NCBI RefSeq assembly: GCF_009914755.1
Contig: NC_060941.1
Reading direction: 5' to 3' (one strand)
Length of the DNA stretch: 64,000 nt
Source of the DNA: the human T2T-CHM13v2.0 reference genome, Homo sapiens
The position numbers and the translations under genes were made by a program. Below the pieces are notes generated by a model. That model was not told where the DNA came from. It worked only from the letters and a program-made list of their open reading frames with translations, and searched no databases. This document shows, one piece after another, positions 60,713 to 64,000 of this stretch; positions within the stretch are counted from its first letter, which is position 1, and each line of letters begins with the position of its first letter.

Positions 60713-63166
60713 ACTGATTTTCTGAGTTTGGTATATGAAAGTTTTAAACCAAGACAATCCCTATGAGTTGATAAAAAGGATAGAAGACACAGATTGCCTT
60801 GGTAGAAAAGAGTATGGTGGGCACCAATCAAGAGTTTCAGAACCTTGAATGATGAGATGAGGTTTCAGGAATAGGTCTCAGGCCAAAGGTGGAAGGCAAT
60901 AAAAGCCAGAAACCAGGTACAAAGTCCAGTTAAACACATGGGTCACCCATTATTGAGAAAAGGTGGAAAGTTGAAGCATGATGCTTTCTTAGGTTTCTAA
61001 AGTTTAATGTGCTCACAGACATATCAGATAGCATTCCTCCAGCTGCATCCAACAGTGCTCTCTTTTATTGGTTCTAGTTCTGGATAAAATTGAGTTACCT
61101 TTGGCAGATCTAGCATTGCTGCAATAGGAAGGAAAGGAGAGAGGACCAGAAAAGATTCCAAGTGCAAAATGTGCCCTTAGGTGTAGGCCCAAGGTGGCTA
61201 TGAATCCTATCCCTGAAGTCATGGAAATTACTAAGATAGTCCCCTCCTTTTATTAAAAAAAAAGATAATTTCTTCAAACAACTCCAAACTGTATACACAT
61301 TTTATAATGATGATTTATTTCAAAATCTTAAATACTGACTGAATATTCAAGTAGGGAATTAAGTCCTATCTTTGACATTTTCTTTATGTGTTATCTTTGG
61401 TGATGCTAAGTGTTCGATTTCAATTTGGCCAGTTTCAATAAACTTTCTAGTCAATTTTGGGACACATGTGATTCAAAGTTGTACTTTAAAATAGTAAACC
61501 TTGTAGGCAGGTATAAAACATTTAACCATCTAATTTACTTAATCCTATTATTGTTATTTCATGTGGTTAGTGTTCAGTAACACTTAGAACATTTTTTAAA
61601 AATGAATTGATTATATAATTATTTCATATATTATGTACGTGAGCCCAGAAGTTCTCATCATTAAGTATATTAGATGTCTGTGATTACTATACTTTATGAG
61701 AAAGATATCTGTTATTAATCTGTCTAGAAACCTTTAGTCTCTAGATCACCATTGACAAAGATAGGGAATATATTTTTGTAAAACTCTAATGAAATGGTGT
61801 GAATTTCCTGAACTAAGAGGAGCACTTACATTCTCAGTGTTGGTTTCCAACAGATTTCCATTTATTAGCCTATTTAGTATGTTATTCATAATATGATCTC
61901 TATATGACTCAGTTTTTAATCACTACAACTATCAATGACAACTTATGAAAGGACTGAGAAATTCCATGATTCCAAAAAGAGGGAGAAGAGAGAAAAATTA
62001 TAACTGCCTCCAATTTCAATCCAAAGTTTATATGTGAAAAGTAATAACTAACTCTTCATCCTGAATAAAGCAGAAATTACTGTAAGTAACAAACAGAAGA
62101 CCTTGAGTAATTGCAGAAAATTATGTTAGTTTAGATGACATGACAAAATCTTACCCAAGGCAATATTGTACAATCCCTGTTTTTTCAGAGAATAATGTAA
62201 AAAAGGTCCATGACCAGTTGAGGTAAGTTAACCGAGGGCTTACTAGCCTACAGGAAAATGAACTGGAAGCCCTGTGAGGTCTTTTATGACCCTGTGAGTC
62301 TGTGAAATGTTGTCGTTAATTCCCTGCTATCACCTCAAACACATAACTAAATGTATTCGCTGGCTAGATTCCCTCTTTCTGTCAATGGTACCAGCATTCT
62401 TCCGGCCACCCAGGCTCAAAATTTTGTAGTTATTTTTCATTCTCTTGGCTTCCTACAGCTTAACCCAGTCACTTGCTAACTCTATTCAATCCTTTTATAT
62501 ATCTTTCCCATCCAAGCCTATCTTGCTTGTCCTTTGCAAGACCCTAATTCAAACCCATTATCCTTTCATGCATGTTCAGTTGCAGGATCCTTGTAACTGG
62601 ACTCTTTTTCCATCCAAGTGGCCCTGCATTCCACCAGTAGATCAACCTTCTTTAAGCATCATTTTGATCATTGTTATTTGTCTTCAGAGTCTCTGCCTTG
62701 CGTTTATCCATGTGAAACAAGCTGGTGGTGAGTTCAACAACCAAAGGGTCATGTGATTAAATACATTTTGAAATGACTGCCTGCCCTAGCCTCTTAAAAA
62801 AATTCACAATGCTTATTAGCACAACAATGACTTGAATAAATCTCCCAATAGAAAAATCTGCTTCATTTTACTTAACACACTCATGTCTCAGATTAGTTGA
62901 ACACGAAAACCTGTTTTTTTTTTTAACTTATGTAAACATTATTAACATTTCTCAGATTGAATATTTTAAATAACATACATACTTTGGGAAACATTCATGA
63001 GAATCATAGCATTCGCACTCCTTAGCCTGACACATTTCTTCATAATCACGTCCTTGCTGTCCAGTCTTATATTCCATTACTTCTCCGTGGACATGGTCAT
63101 CCCCAGGAAGGCCCGTCCACTTTTCAGTCTATTCTCTCTGACCACTCTTACTATCCCTCCATTAAC

Positions 63167-63392
63167 TTTTTTTTGAATGAACTCTCACTCTGTCACAGGC
63201 TGGAGTGGATCATGCAGTGGCACAATCTCCCGAGTAGCTGGGATTACAGGGGCCCACCACCATGCCTGGCTATTTTTTTGTATTTTTAGTAGAGACAGGG
63301 TTTCACCATGTTGGTCAGGCTGGTCTGAAACTCCTGACCTCAGGTGATCTGCCCGCCTCAGCTTCCCAAGAGCTGAGCCACTGTGCCAGTCC
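63167..63392 (-). mobile_element. AluS with two internal deletions
   Basis: cacaatct|cccgagtagc and cccaa|gagctgagccac junctions. Confidence 0.85.
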
Positions 63393-63463
63393 AATAACTT
63401 TTATTCATTAATTTTAAGAAAATATCATATTTCATCCTTTTAGAATCAATTTAATGCCAACTC

Positions 63464-64000
63464 TTTTTTAAACATTTCAATGGTTTTGGGGGTACAGGTG
63501 GTTTTTGTTTACATGGGTAAGTTATTTAGCAGTGATCTCTGAGAATTTAGTGCACCTGTCATGCAAGCAATGTACACTGTACCCAATATGTAGTCTTCTA
63601 TTCCTCAATCCCCTCCCAACCTTCCCCCCTCCCCTGAGTCCCCGAAGTTGAATATATCATTCTTATTCCTTTGCATCTTTATAGCTTAGCTCCTACTTAT
63701 AAGTGAGAACATACAATACTTAGTTTTCCATTCCTGAGTTACTTCGCTTAGAATAATGGCCCCCAGCTCCGTCCAAGTTGCTGCAAAAGATATTATTTCA
63801 TTCTTGTTGATGGCTGAGTAGTATTCTATGGTGTATATATACCACATTTTCTTGATCCACTTAGTTGTTGGGCATACAGGTTGGTTCCATATCTTTGCAA
63901 TTGTGAACTGTGCTGCTATGAATATGCACGTACATGGGTCTTTTTCATATAATGCCTTCTTTTCCTTTGGGTAGACACCCAGTAGTGGGATTTCTGGATT
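63464..64000 (-). mobile_element. L1PB 3' end, runs off window
   Basis: ttttgggggtacaggtgg...ttccattcctgagttacttc. Confidence 0.9.

Overview
AT-rich (roughly 37-39% GC by eye) primate, almost certainly human, non-coding DNA. I found no supportable protein-coding gene, RNA gene or CRISPR array; all ORFs in the track are repeat-derived or chance. I recognise the sequence around 3285-3335 (GACTTTTCCAAATCCCTGCCCGTG[T]GATGAACACTTTAAAGGTCCC) from memory as the flank of prostate-cancer SNP rs1859962. That places the window in the 17q24.3 gene desert about 1 Mb upstream of SOX9, inside the minus-strand lncRNA CASC17; this needs confirming by BLAT. About half the window is interspersed repeat: about 18 Alus, L1/L2/MIR fragments, MaLR and ERVL LTRs, a nested ERVL provirus remnant, and hAT MERs. 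The most interesting stretches are: (i) a FOXA/AR/ETS/GATA motif cluster at 2.3-3.3 kb and a forward CTCF motif at 8946; (ii) an L1 5'UTR that breaks at the ORF1 ATG and is fused to an Alu; (iii) a ~1.05 kb 29-bp palindromic minisatellite, apparently seeded from an L2, with higher-order 58-bp units and an adjacent non-classical L1 fragment; (iv) a repeat-free block at 53.6-55.7 kb with four consensus STAT sites plus SOX/TCF/RUNX motifs, a candidate far-upstream SOX9 enhancer. I see no solid evidence for a wholly new biological system; these are testable leads.
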